This document shows positions 33,045 to 41,351 of a stretch of DNA of 41,587 nucleotides, piece after piece. The notes beneath the pieces are model-generated. The model was not told the DNA's origin, did no database searches, and saw nothing but the letters and a program-made list of their open reading frames with translations. Location: IMG/VR virus record IMGVR_UViG_2541047938_000008, positions 1 to 41,587 of that record; one strand, written 5' to 3'. The stretch is from a virus. Lineage: Duplodnaviria; Heunggongvirae; Uroviricota; Caudoviricetes. The position numbers were made by a program, and so were the translations under genes. Position 1 is the first letter of the stretch; the number at the start of each line of letters is the position of its first letter.

Positions 33045-33933
33045 CGTGTTCACCCTCACGAACTTTCAGGTAGGTATTATCGTTAAGCAGGAAATCAAAT
33101 CCCTTTTTGTGCCAGACGGTTCCGCGTTGATGGTTTGGGCGCTCTTCGAACATCCATCGGCAATTTTCGCCAACGTAGCTCAAATAATTTCTCCAGTCCT
33201 GCATCGTGAACCCATGCCCGTCAAGCTGGCGGGTTATCACTCCGGCTTTGCGCCAGAACGTTCGGATCTGGTTTTTACGCTTGTCATTCAGTGCGCGGAT
33301 TCTTGGAGCTTCAGGAAGGATTTCGTGGTAAGCATCGACAACATCCTGACAGCTGACGGAAGGTTTTTTCTTGTCAGACTTTTTGTCTGCTGTGGCACTC
33401 TCTAATACGTCAGTATTAGAGATAATATTATTATATTCTTTATCTGTGGTAATTTGCTGGTAATCTGCTGGTACAGCATTGCTTACAGGCATTGGTATTG
33501 CTGGCTTTGAGGTGGTAATTTGCTGGTAATCTGCTGGTACAAAATTTGACTGATAATCGTCATATTTCTCTACCGAGAAAACTGAGAATTTACCGTGTGA
33601 AACCCAGTCAATCATGCCGAGTTTTTTGAACTTTCTAAGCAGGTACTGAACGCGATCTGGTTTGAGTCCTGTTTCAAACGCCAGAGAGTTTCTACCGCCA
33701 AGTAGCTTCCCTCTGCCTACCAGAATTTCTCCTGCGTCAGTCATTACATACTCAGGCGTATGCTTTGCTTTGAGGATTAAGTGAACCCACAGATGCGCTG
33801 CTTCTGCATCCTTGTAAAACGGCACATCCATAATTTTACGGTGCAGCAAGGCATACCCCTTACCGCTGCTTTGATGCGGTTGTTGTAGCCTTCTGGCCTC
33901 TCTGGCTTCGGCTAGATTAGATATGTTACTCAT
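33034..33933 (-). CDS. Replication initiator (lambda O / P22 gp18-like) containing the origin
   Basis: 299 aa, position upstream of the helicase; iterons inside the coding sequence. Confidence 0.75.
   Translation of the reverse strand: MSNISNLAEAREARRLQQPHQSSGKGYALLHRKIMDVPFYKDAEAAHLWVHLILKAKHTPEYVMTDAGEILVGRGKLLGGRNSLAFETGLKPDRVQYLLRKFKKLGMIDWVSHGKFSVFSVEKYDDYQSNFVPADYQQITTSKPAIPMPVSNAVPADYQQITTDKEYNNIISNTDVLESATADKKSDKKKPSVSCQDVVDAYHEILPEAPRIRALNDKRKNQIRTFWRKAGVITRQLDGHGFTMQDWRNYLSYVGENCRWMFEERPNHQRGTVWHKKGFDFLLNDNTYLKVREGEHDDR
33415..33545. repeat. Origin of replication: iterons plus AT-rich tract
   Basis: Two 29-bp direct repeats TGGTAATTTGCTGGTAATCTGCTGGTACA built from TGGTAATNTGC units, adjacent to an AT-rich stretch. 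Confidence 0.7.
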
Positions 33934-34072
33934 GACCTTTCTCCTTCTGCATCAGCTTCACTTTTTCCAACTCAGCCCGGAATCGACCAGGCTGCTTGAA
34001 GCTGGACAGGAAGCGATCACGTAGTATGTGTTTGTGAATTTTGTCCTGGTAAGGACTGAGTTGTTTTGTCAT
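33926..34072 (-). CDS. Hypothetical small basic protein between cII and O
   Basis: 48-aa ORF found by hand, stop overlapping the O start (ATGAGTAA). Confidence 0.3.
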   Translation of the reverse strand: MTKQLSPYQDKIHKHILRDRFLSSFKQPGRFRAELEKVKLMQKEKGHE

Positions 34073-34104
34073 AATTACTCCTGTGGATTGATCCAGTAAT
34101 TCCC

Positions 34105-34401
34105 TCAGAATTGCATATCAATTTGCTTAAAATCCTCGGTGGCGGCCGGGGATTTTTTCTTTGTGATTTCATCAAGCGCATACTTAAAAGCCCTGCTAAT
34201 CGGACTGATGTCTGATGCCATTCCGAAAGCACACAAGACCGAAGCAATAAATCTCCAGTCCGTTCTGCTTATCTTCGATTCATGACAGCCAATCATCTTT
34301 GCCAGACCGCGCTGGGTAAGCGTTGACAGGTTGATGAGTAAATCAGTTTCAGCGCGATCAATTTCTCGCTGTGTTGGCTTGCTGTAGCTTGCTTGTGCCA
34401 T
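34105..34401 (-). CDS. CII-like transcriptional activator (lambda CII / P22 C1 family)
   Basis: C-terminus [18 protein letters not shown] resembles lambda CII; position directly after cro. Confidence 0.7.
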   Translation of the reverse strand: MAQASYSKPTQREIDRAETDLLINLSTLTQRGLAKMIGCHESKISRTDWRFIASVLCAFGMASDISPISRAFKYALDEITKKKSPAATEDFKQIDMQF

Positions 34402-34467
34402 TTGTTAATTTTCCTATATTGATATTGAGTTATAGCGGCACACCCAATGGATTTGCCGCTGATGTTT

Positions 34468-34510
34468 GCTCACCCGGTTAGAGGTGAAAGGCCAGAACTG
34501 TTAAAGAGCA
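34468..34510 (-). promoter_or_regulatory. nutR (boxA plus boxB hairpin)
   Basis: Minus-strand TGCTCTTTAACA followed by a TCACC...GGTGA hairpin, downstream of cro. Confidence 0.5.
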
Positions 34511-34516
34511 ATTTGC

Positions 34517-34702
34517 TTATGCCGCTTGGCGGTAAGCACTTTCTTGATACTTCAGGGCGCCAGCTGTAACGATTTCCAATCGATAGGCGTCTTTCTCTGG
34601 GATAACTTCTTTCCACTGAGAGACTGCTGCATCGCTAATGCCTAGTGCTTTAGCAACAGCACGCTGGGTTCCGAAGTGGTCAATAACATCTTTTTTGTAC
34701 AT
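34517..34702 (-). CDS. cro: Cro repressor (P22 type)
   Basis: 61 aa, MYKKDVIDHFGTQRAVAKALGISDAAVSQWKE... Confidence 0.9.
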   Translation of the reverse strand: MYKKDVIDHFGTQRAVAKALGISDAAVSQWKEVIPEKDAYRLEIVTAGALKYQESAYRQAA

Positions 34703-34782
34703 AGACTCGCTCCGAAATTAAAGAACACTTAAATTATCCACCAAAGGAATCTTAAGTCAAGTTTATTTAAGATGTCTTAACT
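34703..34782. promoter_or_regulatory. OR operators with divergent pR and pRM
   Basis: P22-type operator half-sites (ATTTAAGATGTCTTAA and AAGAACACTTAAAT) between divergent cro and c2. Confidence 0.7.
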
Positions 34783-35433
34783 ATGAATACACAACTGATG
34801 GGTGAGCGTATTCGCGCTCGCAGAAAAGAACTCAAGATTAGGCAGGCTGCCCTTGGCAAGATGGTTGGCGTGTCTAATGTTGCTATTTCCCAATGGGAGC
34901 GATCTGAAACTGAGCCCAATGGCGAAAACCTATTGGCCTTAGCCAAGGCTTTGCAGTGCTCCCCTGATTACCTGTTGAAAGGAGAGGATAGTCTTTCAAA
35001 CATTGCCTATCACAGCAGGCATGATCCAAGAGGTTCGTATCCTCTAATTAGTTGGGTAAGCGCAGGATGTTGGATGGAAGCTGTAGAGCCATATCATAGG
35101 CGTGCAATAGATAACTGGTACGACACAACGGTAGATTGTTCTGAAGACTCTTTTTGGCTCGACGTTAAAGGCGATTCAATGACTGCCCCGGCAGGACTGA
35201 GTATTCCTGAGGGGATGATTATTCTCGTCGACCCAGAAGTCGAACCACGTAATGGAAAGCTGGTAGTCGCCAAACTTGAAGGGGAAAACGAGGCGACATT
35301 CAAAAAGTTAGTTATTGATGCCGGTAGAAAATTCCTGAAACCACTCAATCCACAATACCCAATGATTGAAATCAATGGGAACTGTAAAATCATTGGCGTT
35401 GTCGTTGATGCCAAGCTAGCAAACCTTCCTTAA
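34783..35433 (+). CDS. c2: Prophage repressor C2 (P22 type, LexA-like autocleavage domain)
   Basis: 216 aa, near-identical to P22 C2 (MNTQLMGERIRARRKELKIRQAALGKMVGVSNVAISQWERSETEPNG...). Confidence 0.95.
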   Translation: MNTQLMGERIRARRKELKIRQAALGKMVGVSNVAISQWERSETEPNGENLLALAKALQCSPDYLLKGEDSLSNIAYHSRHDPRGSYPLISWVSAGCWMEAVEPYHRRAIDNWYDTTVDCSEDSFWLDVKGDSMTAPAGLSIPEGMIILVDPEVEPRNGKLVVAKLEGENEATFKKLVIDAGRKFLKPLNPQYPMIEINGNCKIIGVVVDAKLANLP

Positions 35434-35456
35434 GGGGCTTTCGCCCCTTTTTTATT
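35433..35456 (+). terminator. Intrinsic terminator after c2
   Basis: AGGGGCTTTCGCCCCT hairpin followed by TTTTTTATTT. Confidence 0.6.
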
Positions 35457-35494
35457 TCCCGTTAAAAATCAAAGACAAACTAAATTCACGCCCA

Positions 35495-35552
35495 TAAAAT
35501 TAAGTTTTCTTCAAAAATGCACTTGACCAATAAATTAAGAAGTCTTAAATTT
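35495..35552 (+). promoter_or_regulatory. OL operators and pL
   Basis: TTGACC-17 nt-TAAATT overlapped by the palindromic operator ATTAAGAAGTCTTAAAT. Confidence 0.55.
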
Positions 35553-35596
35553 AAGCCATCAGCAGGACGCTGGAAGCCAAACGGAACAGATTGGCA

Positions 35597-35637
35597 GGCT
35601 CTTTAACATCGACGGACTCTCAACCTAACCGTTGAGA
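35597..35637 (+). promoter_or_regulatory. nutL (boxA plus boxB hairpin)
   Basis: GGCTCTTTAACA followed by a TCTCAAC...GTTGAGA hairpin upstream of N. Confidence 0.55.
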
Positions 35638-35747
35638 CCAGAACTTGAGTGGTTTTGGGGATGGCGCGAATTGCAGCTGCAAGACAGCGATCGAGAAGAT
35701 AAGCACCTCGACGCGTCATGCGCCAAAGCCACTTAAAGGAGACCATC

Positions 35748-36053
35748 ATGGTAACCATTGTCTGGAAAGAATCCAAAGGTACGGCAAAAAGCCGCTACAA
35801 AGCTCGCAGAGCAGAACTTATTGCCGAGCGACGCAGTAATGAAGCACTGGCGCGAAAAATTGCGCTAAAGCTCTCTGGTTGCGTCAAAGCAGACAAAGCA
35901 GCATCACTAGGAATCCTTTGCTGCAAGAAGAAAGAAGAAGTTGTTCGAAAAAATAGAAGTATTTATTACAAAGATTCAAACCCATTAGGAAACAAAATAC
36001 ATGCAGTCCAAAAAATAAAATTGTACAGTAAACTACCGTACGGTGCTTATTGA
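35748..36053 (+). CDS. N-like early antiterminator (P22 gp24 family)
   Basis: Arg-rich motif GTAKSRYKARRAELIAERR near the N-terminus, strong SD AAGGAGA, position after pL/nutL. Confidence 0.6.
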   Translation: MVTIVWKESKGTAKSRYKARRAELIAERRSNEALARKIALKLSGCVKADKAASLGILCCKKKEEVVRKNRSIYYKDSNPLGNKIHAVQKIKLYSKLPYGAY

Positions 36054-36055
36054 GT

Positions 36056-36394
36056 ATGCTTATGGTGAAAAAGACTATTTATGTTAATCCTGACCGCGGA
36101 CAAAACAGAAAAGTATCTGATAGAGGTCTTACATCTCGAGACAGGAGGAGAATAGCGAGATGGGAAAAGAGGATAGCATATGCATTAAAAAACGGTGTAA
36201 CACCTGGATTTAATGCTATAGATAACGGTCCTGAATATAAGATTAATGAAGACCCAATGGATAAAGTTGACAAAGCATTAGCAACACCATTTCCTCGCGA
36301 TGTCGAAAAAATTGAAGATGAAAAATATGAGGATGTAATGCACAGAGTTGTTAATCACGCTCACCAACGAAATCCAAATAAAAAATGGTCATAG
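36056..36394 (+). CDS. Hypothetical protein downstream of N
   Basis: 112-aa ORF followed by an intrinsic terminator; no recognised motif; start uncertain. Confidence 0.4.
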   Translation: MLMVKKTIYVNPDRGQNRKVSDRGLTSRDRRRIARWEKRIAYALKNGVTPGFNAIDNGPEYKINEDPMDKVDKALATPFPRDVEKIEDEKYEDVMHRVVNHAHQRNPNKKWS

Positions 36395-36416
36395 CCCACT
36401 TCGGTGGTTTTTTTAT
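36394..36416 (+). terminator. tL1-like intrinsic terminator
   Basis: CCCAC-TTCG-GTGG hairpin followed by TTTTTTTATT. Confidence 0.55.
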
Positions 36417-36597
36417 TGTCTGAACTAACCGAATTTATTACAGCAAGCCACGCAGTGAAATGGGTGTGACTTGTGTTGGTCGCCAGAAAATGAAATTAGG
36501 CAGCAAACCACTTATTTGAGGTGATATATGGAAGAAGAATTTGAAGAGTTCGAAGAGCATCCTCAGGATGTGATGGAACAATACCAGGACTATCCGT

Positions 36598-36798
36598 ATG
36601 ACTACGACTATTGATAAAAATCAATGGTGTGGACAATTCAAGCGATGCAATGGATGCAAGCTGCAATCGGAATGCATGGTTAAGCCTGAAGAAATATTTC
36701 CTGTAATGGAAGATGGGAAATATGTCGATAAATGGGCAATACGAACGACGGCAATGATTGCCAGAGAACTTGACAAACAGAGCAACAAGGCTGCCTGA
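36598..36798 (+). CDS. ral: Restriction alleviation protein Ral
   Basis: 66 aa, near-identical to lambda Ral (MTTTIDKNQWCGQFKRCNGCKLQSECMVKPEE...). Confidence 0.85.
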   Translation: MTTTIDKNQWCGQFKRCNGCKLQSECMVKPEEIFPVMEDGKYVDKWAIRTTAMIARELDKQSNKAA

Positions 36799-36878
36799 TG
36801 GTAGCCTTTATCTTTGGCATAAACAACAGAATAAACACTGCACTGTGTATTCATTCCAACGAGTGAATACACGGAGCA

Positions 36879-37943
36879 ATGTCGCTCGTAACTAAACAGG
36901 AGCCGACTTGTTCTGATTATTGGAAATCTACTTTGCCCTCCAGTGTGAGGGCAATTTTTTTTGATGGAGGATATATGAGTGAAGTAACAGATTTAGTTGT
37001 TATTGAAAAAGCAAATGCAATGACTGTATTTCAGTCTGCCGACCAGATTGAAGAAATTCTCCAAAAGGTTGAACGTGAAGTTATGTCCTTTGTGCCTGAT
37101 ATCACAACGGCAAAGGGCAGAAAGGAGATCGCTTCTCTGGCGTATAAAGTTGCGCAGACGAAAACATATCTCGATGGTCTTGGCAAAGACCTTGTTGCTG
37201 AACTGAAGGAAATTCCAAAGCTAATTGATGCCAACCGCAAGACAGTGCGTGATCGCCTTGATGAGCTGAAAGCCAAGGCACGCCAGCCTCTTACTGATTA
37301 TGAGGAAGAACAGGCGCGGATTAAAGCCGAAGAAGAAGCTAAGGCAGCAGCTGAAGCTATCGCAAAGCAAATTGAGTCTGACCATGAAATAGCGATTTTG
37401 ATGGATCGCGAATTTGACCGCCAAAGAGAAGAGGCAAGACTCAAAGCGGAGCAGGAAAAGCGAGAGCATGAAGAACGCTTAAAAAGAGAAGCTGAAGAGA
37501 AAGCCAGAGCTGAAGCCGAAGCAAAGGCAAAAGCCGAAATTGAAGCAGCAGCAAGGCGAGAAGCAGAAGCTAAGGCAGCAGCGGAACGTGCAGAGCGTGA
37601 ACGCATTGAAGCCGAGCAACGAGCACAGCGCGAAGCAAAAGAGGCAGCAGAACGAGCTGAAAGAGAAAAGCAGGCGGCAATTGAAGCAGAACGCCGAAAA
37701 GCACAGGAGGAGGCTGAACGAATCCGGCGCGAAGCTGAAGCAAAAGAGCAAGCCAGAATAGCAGAAGAAAAAAGAATCAAGGACGAAGAAGAGCGTAGAG
37801 CAAAGGATAAAGCTCACCGGAAAGAAGTAAATAACAAAATACTTGCTGACCTTATCAAGGTTGGTGCATCAGAAGATGTTGCTAAAAATATCATAACAGC
37901 CATCGTAAAAGGCGAAGTATTCGCAACAAAAATAACCTACTAA
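36879..37943 (+). CDS. Hypothetical protein with a long E/A/K/R-rich single-helix region
   Basis: 354 aa (323 aa if started at MSEVTD, 36975); about 150 aa of charged helix with DNA-level internal repeats; SD and hairpin upstream. Confidence 0.6.
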   Translation: MSLVTKQEPTCSDYWKSTLPSSVRAIFFDGGYMSEVTDLVVIEKANAMTVFQSADQIEEILQKVEREVMSFVPDITTAKGRKEIASLAYKVAQTKTYLDGLGKDLVAELKEIPKLIDANRKTVRDRLDELKAKARQPLTDYEEEQARIKAEEEAKAAAEAIAKQIESDHEIAILMDREFDRQREEARLKAEQEKREHEERLKREAEEKARAEAEAKAKAEIEAAARREAEAKAAAERAERERIEAEQRAQREAKEAAERAEREKQAAIEAERRKAQEEAERIRREAEAKEQARIAEEKRIKDEEERRAKDKAHRKEVNNKILADLIKVGASEDVAKNIITAIVKGEVFATKITY

Positions 37944-37967
37944 TAAAACCAACATAAGGAACCACCC

Positions 37968-38099
37968 ATGATTTACGCAATCGCGGGAGGCGCTCGCATG
38001 GGTGCCTTCCAACTAAATGAATCTTTACTAGAACGAATTACCCGTAAATTACGTGACGGATGGAAAAGAGTTGAGGTCTTATTATGCGCAATGAAATAG
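37968..38099 (+). CDS. cIII: CIII-like FtsH inhibitor
   Basis: 43-aa ORF found by hand; core SLLERITRKLRDGWKR matches lambda CIII. Confidence 0.8.
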   Translation: MIYAIAGGARMGAFQLNESLLERITRKLRDGWKRVEVLLCAMK

Positions 38100-38236
38100 C
38101 CATCAATCACCAGATACTTCGTGCAGCACAGAACAAAGCAGTAATAGCCAGATTTATTGGTGATTCCAAAATGTGGCTTGAAGCAAATAAAGCGATGAAA
38201 TCAGCTATCAACCTTCCGTGGTATCGCAGGAAATGA
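38084..38236 (+). CDS. Kil-like small protein
   Basis: 50-aa ORF overlapping the cIII end; ATFIGD-KM-like motif and position as for lambda kil. Confidence 0.4.
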   Translation: MRNEIAINHQILRAAQNKAVIARFIGDSKMWLEANKAMKSAINLPWYRRK

Positions 38237-38492
38237 GTTTTACAGATAACTGGTCAGACGAAGAATTCATTCGTCAGATGAAAGATTTAATCGGTAACGA
38301 AGGAGATATTCATGTCACTTGCAACCACAGTGAAGGAGAGCAAGTTACAGAGACGCATGTACACGCAGAAAGCTCTCTGGTATCGCCATAATGGTGACCG
38401 CGAAGGAATGCGGGTATGCCTTAATTTGTCCCGAGTCGAAGTATTAAATCAGCGTTATTTTCTTGGGCCGTGTCCATTCTGAGAACAATCAT

Positions 38493-39098
38493 ATGAGCAA
38501 AGAATTTTACGCAAGACTGGCAGCTATTCAGGAGAATCTGAACGCGCCAAAGAATCAGTACAACTCATTCGGCAAATATAAATACAGAAGCTGCGAAGAT
38601 ATTCTTGAAGGCGTTAAGCCGTTACTGAATGGTCTGTTTTTATCAATCAGCGATGAAGTTGTGTTGATTGGTGATCGGTATTACGTGAAAGCCACGGCAA
38701 CTATTACCGATGGCGAAAACAGTCATACGGCAACCGCTCTTGCACGAGAGGAAGAAAGCAAGAAAGGAATGGATTCTGCACAAGTTACGGGAGCTACAAG
38801 CTCTTATGCACGCAAGTATTGCCTCAATGGTTTGTTCGGCATTGATGATGCGAAAGATGCAGATACCGACGAGCATAAACATCAGCAGAACGCAGCAGCA
38901 AAGCAATCAAAACCATCACCTACACCTGAACAGGTTCTAAAAGCATTCACTGACGCAGCATTGCAGAAAAACACCGTGGAAGAGCTTAAACAGGCGTTCG
39001 CCAAAGCGTGGAAGATGCTCGAAGGCACACCGGAGCAGCACAAAGCGCAGGACGTTTACAACATCAGACGAGACGAATTAGAAGGAGCTGCTGCTTAA
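38493..39098 (+). CDS. erf: Erf single-strand annealing recombinase
   Basis: MSKEFYARLAAIQENLNAPKNQYNSFGKYKYRSCEDILEGVKPLL matches P22 Erf. Confidence 0.85.
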   Translation: MSKEFYARLAAIQENLNAPKNQYNSFGKYKYRSCEDILEGVKPLLNGLFLSISDEVVLIGDRYYVKATATITDGENSHTATALAREEESKKGMDSAQVTGATSSYARKYCLNGLFGIDDAKDADTDEHKHQQNAAAKQSKPSPTPEQVLKAFTDAALQKNTVEELKQAFAKAWKMLEGTPEQHKAQDVYNIRRDELEGAAA

Positions 39099-39481
39099 TG
39101 GCGCATTCGATTACTGTAAGACTAAACAAGCCCGCAAGAGAGTTTCAGGCCGGGGAAAATATCGGATTCAACATCCGTGCTGGCGTTCAGTATTACGATC
39201 GCCAGACAAAAAAGAAAGAATGGACAAACTACAGCGCCGTTGTATTTGCCAAGCCGGGAGCGCAAGCGGATTACTACCGTAGTGTTCTTGTTGAAGGTGG
39301 CATTGTAGAAATTACCGGAGAAAACATCAGGGTTGATGTTTATCAGGGGCAAAATGGTCAATCAATCACTCTTGAATTACTGAATGCAAAGATTGGATTT
39401 GCAGCTTCAGGAAATGGCCCGCAGCAGCAAAGTAGTAATCATCAAAATCATCCTGAATACGACGATTCAATTCCCTTCTAA
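39098..39481 (+). CDS. Phage single-stranded DNA-binding protein (SSB-like)
   Basis: 127 aa, OB-fold-like, ends with an SSB-type acidic tail ...EYDDSIPF; start overlaps erf stop (TAATG). Confidence 0.6.
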   Translation: MAHSITVRLNKPAREFQAGENIGFNIRAGVQYYDRQTKKKEWTNYSAVVFAKPGAQADYYRSVLVEGGIVEITGENIRVDVYQGQNGQSITLELLNAKIGFAASGNGPQQQSSNHQNHPEYDDSIPF

Positions 39482-39504
39482 ATTAGCAAAATAAGGATTC
39501 CATT

Positions 39505-39801
39505 ATGCCAGCGCCTCTGTATGGTGCGGATGACGCGCGCCGCTGTTCCGGCAATTCCGTATCGGAGGTGCTGGATAAATTCAGAAAAAACTACGATCGG
39601 ATAATGTCGCTACCGCAGGAAACGAAAGAGGAAAAGGAATTTCGCCATTGTATATGGCTTGCAGAGAAAGAAGAACTCGAGCGAATTTACCAGACATCAA
39701 TCCGACCATTCCGCAAAGCCACATATACCCACTTCCCTGAATATATCGACCCGCGCTTGCGTAATTACCGCTCACGCTATGGCGCTATCAGTAATGACTG
39801 A
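39505..39801 (+). CDS. Hypothetical early-left protein
   Basis: 98-aa ORF with SD; no recognised motif. Confidence 0.4.
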   Translation: MPAPLYGADDARRCSGNSVSEVLDKFRKNYDRIMSLPQETKEEKEFRHCIWLAEKEELERIYQTSIRPFRKATYTHFPEYIDPRLRNYRSRYGAISND

Positions 39802-39811
39802 GGAATTTACC

Positions 39812-39979
39812 ATGAGAGGACTTGCATACAATCCCGGCATTCTTCCGGCAGAAATGATTATTCGCCAACGCGTAAAGCCAATGCCATCGAGAGAGGAATT
39901 ACTTAAGAGAAAGAGTTTCGGTTCTGTTAATGACAACAAATATCTGAATGCGATGTTGCGCAAAGGAGGCAACCAGTGA
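39812..39979 (+). CDS. Hypothetical small protein
   Basis: 55-aa ORF from ATG with SD GAGGAA, stop overlapping the next gene. Confidence 0.3.
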   Translation: MRGLAYNPGILPAEMIIRQRVKPMPSREELLKRKSFGSVNDNKYLNAMLRKGGNQ

Positions 39980-40542
39980 GCAAGATTGACTATCAGGTAC
40001 TGCGTGCTAAGGCAGAAAAAGCAACGTGTGGCGAGTGGTCGCTCGAATATGGAGAGAGCCGATTTGATGGTGATGATGCGCTAATTCATCGTGAAGTTGC
40101 TGGATATATTCCCATTTGCAAAATTGAAGGAGCGCATCCAGAAAGCGGTTTCGATGAAGATTTCCAAATGGAACAGCAGGCCAATGCTGAATTCATCGCC
40201 GCAGCCAATCCGGCTACCGTCTTGGCGCTGCTTGGCGAGCTGGAAGCAGCAAAAAAGCGCATAGCAGAACTGGAAGCCGAACCTGTAAGCCAAACTTGCA
40301 AGTTGAACGATCCATCGGGCAACTCTCCGGTAACTCCGGGTGGTTGGATAAGCTGTAGTGATCGAATGCCGGAAGACACCAAAATGTTACTGGCATTTAG
40401 TCAAGGTGAAATCGTGGCCGCATATTGGAACTGGGTTGTAAATCCAATTGATTACAAAAAATATAGAGCTTTCACGTATTTATCAGGAAATATCTTGGAT
40501 GACGTAACTCACTGGATGCCGCTACCAGAGCCTCCACTTTGA
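39976..40542 (+). CDS. Ead/Ea22-like protein with DUF551-type C-terminus
   Basis: 188 aa; central [11 protein letters not shown] coiled segment and C-terminal W...HWMPLPEPP motif. Confidence 0.55.
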   Translation: MSKIDYQVLRAKAEKATCGEWSLEYGESRFDGDDALIHREVAGYIPICKIEGAHPESGFDEDFQMEQQANAEFIAAANPATVLALLGELEAAKKRIAELEAEPVSQTCKLNDPSGNSPVTPGGWISCSDRMPEDTKMLLAFSQGEIVAAYWNWVVNPIDYKKYRAFTYLSGNILDDVTHWMPLPEPPL

Positions 40543-40638
40543 AAGCGAAGCTTATACATATCTTTTACATCAGCAATCTATTGTTAATCTCCAATCAATG
40601 TTACGTTGTCATCTCACTCATGCTTTGGAGGTAGTGAT

Positions 40639-40818
40639 ATGTCTTGTCCAAAATGCGGTTCTGGAAATATTGCAAAAGAAAAAACAATGCGTGGATGGTC
40701 TGGTGATTATGTGTGCTGCGATTGCGGATACAACGACTCTAAAGACGCATTTGGAGAGCGTGGTAAAAACGAGTTTGTCAAAATTAATAAAGATCGCGAA
40801 GGCAACGGAAAAAGCTAA
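40639..40818 (+). CDS. Small zinc-ribbon protein
   Basis: 59 aa from MSCPKCGSG with two Cys pairs (CPKC, CCDC) and SD GGAGG. Confidence 0.4.
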   Translation: MSCPKCGSGNIAKEKTMRGWSGDYVCCDCGYNDSKDAFGERGKNEFVKINKDREGNGKS

Positions 40819-40883
40819 TTTATTTATTCATATATGAAAACAATGTAACCAATATTCGAATTGAAGAACTGAAAGAACACCAA

Positions 40884-40905
40884 GCCGCCTGATGGCGGTT
40901 TTTTA
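40884..40905 (+). terminator. Intrinsic terminator
   Basis: CCGCC-TGAT-GGCGG hairpin followed by TTTTTTATT. Confidence 0.55.
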
Positions 40906-40918
40906 TTGGAGACAAGAA

Positions 40919-41263
40919 ATGTCAGATTTGGCTATGAAGGTTTTGAAATGGCAATCAACTGGCGATGTCGGTATCAGTAGCGCAACTCTTGCCTCAATCG
41001 CATGTGGGCTGAAAAAGAATATCTATGGTCATCACTTCGGCGCTCCACATGACGCAGCCGATTTCAGACGATGCGTTGCACTTGTTGAGCAGATTCCAGA
41101 AATCAGAGATTCATTCGACAAGGTTGCAAAGCGCGTTCCGTCATTCAAAGGAATCCTCAACGAATGGGATTCACTCGTCGCTCTGTTGAAGTCTGAAATG
41201 AAGACGTACGGGAACAAAGCACCAGAGACTTACAGAAGAATCAGCGAGCTACGCAAGGACTAA
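40919..41263 (+). CDS. Hypothetical protein
   Basis: 114 aa from MSDLAMKVLK; the upstream part of the listed ORF lies inside the terminator. Confidence 0.45.
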   Translation: MSDLAMKVLKWQSTGDVGISSATLASIACGLKKNIYGHHFGAPHDAADFRRCVALVEQIPEIRDSFDKVAKRVPSFKGILNEWDSLVALLKSEMKTYGNKAPETYRRISELRKD

Positions 41264-41320
41264 CCCGCCTCACACTCGATGAGGCATTTTCATTTATCAA
41301 GATATCCAGACCTACCATCG

Positions 41321-41342
41321 CCGCATCAATGCGGTTTTTTTA
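41321..41342 (+). terminator. Intrinsic terminator upstream of torI
   Basis: CCGCA-TCAA-TGCGG hairpin followed by TTTTTTTATT. Confidence 0.55.
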
Positions 41343-41351
41343 TTACCTGAT

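Noticed and set aside
33445-33545. Direct repeats that might be taken for a small CRISPR array
   Set aside because: Only two to four tandem copies with no unique spacers, located inside the replication initiator gene; they are origin iterons.
35645-35839. 64-aa plus-strand ORF overlapping nutL and the N start
   Set aside because: It lies in another frame across the nut site and the N ribosome-binding site, has no SD of its own and an unusual Cys/His composition.
37298-37817. Two minus-strand ORFs (160 and 112 aa) rich in Ser/Ala/Cys/Phe inside the charged-helix gene
   Set aside because: They are antisense read-through of the GAA/GCA-rich repeats of the plus-strand gene, have low-complexity composition and no start context.
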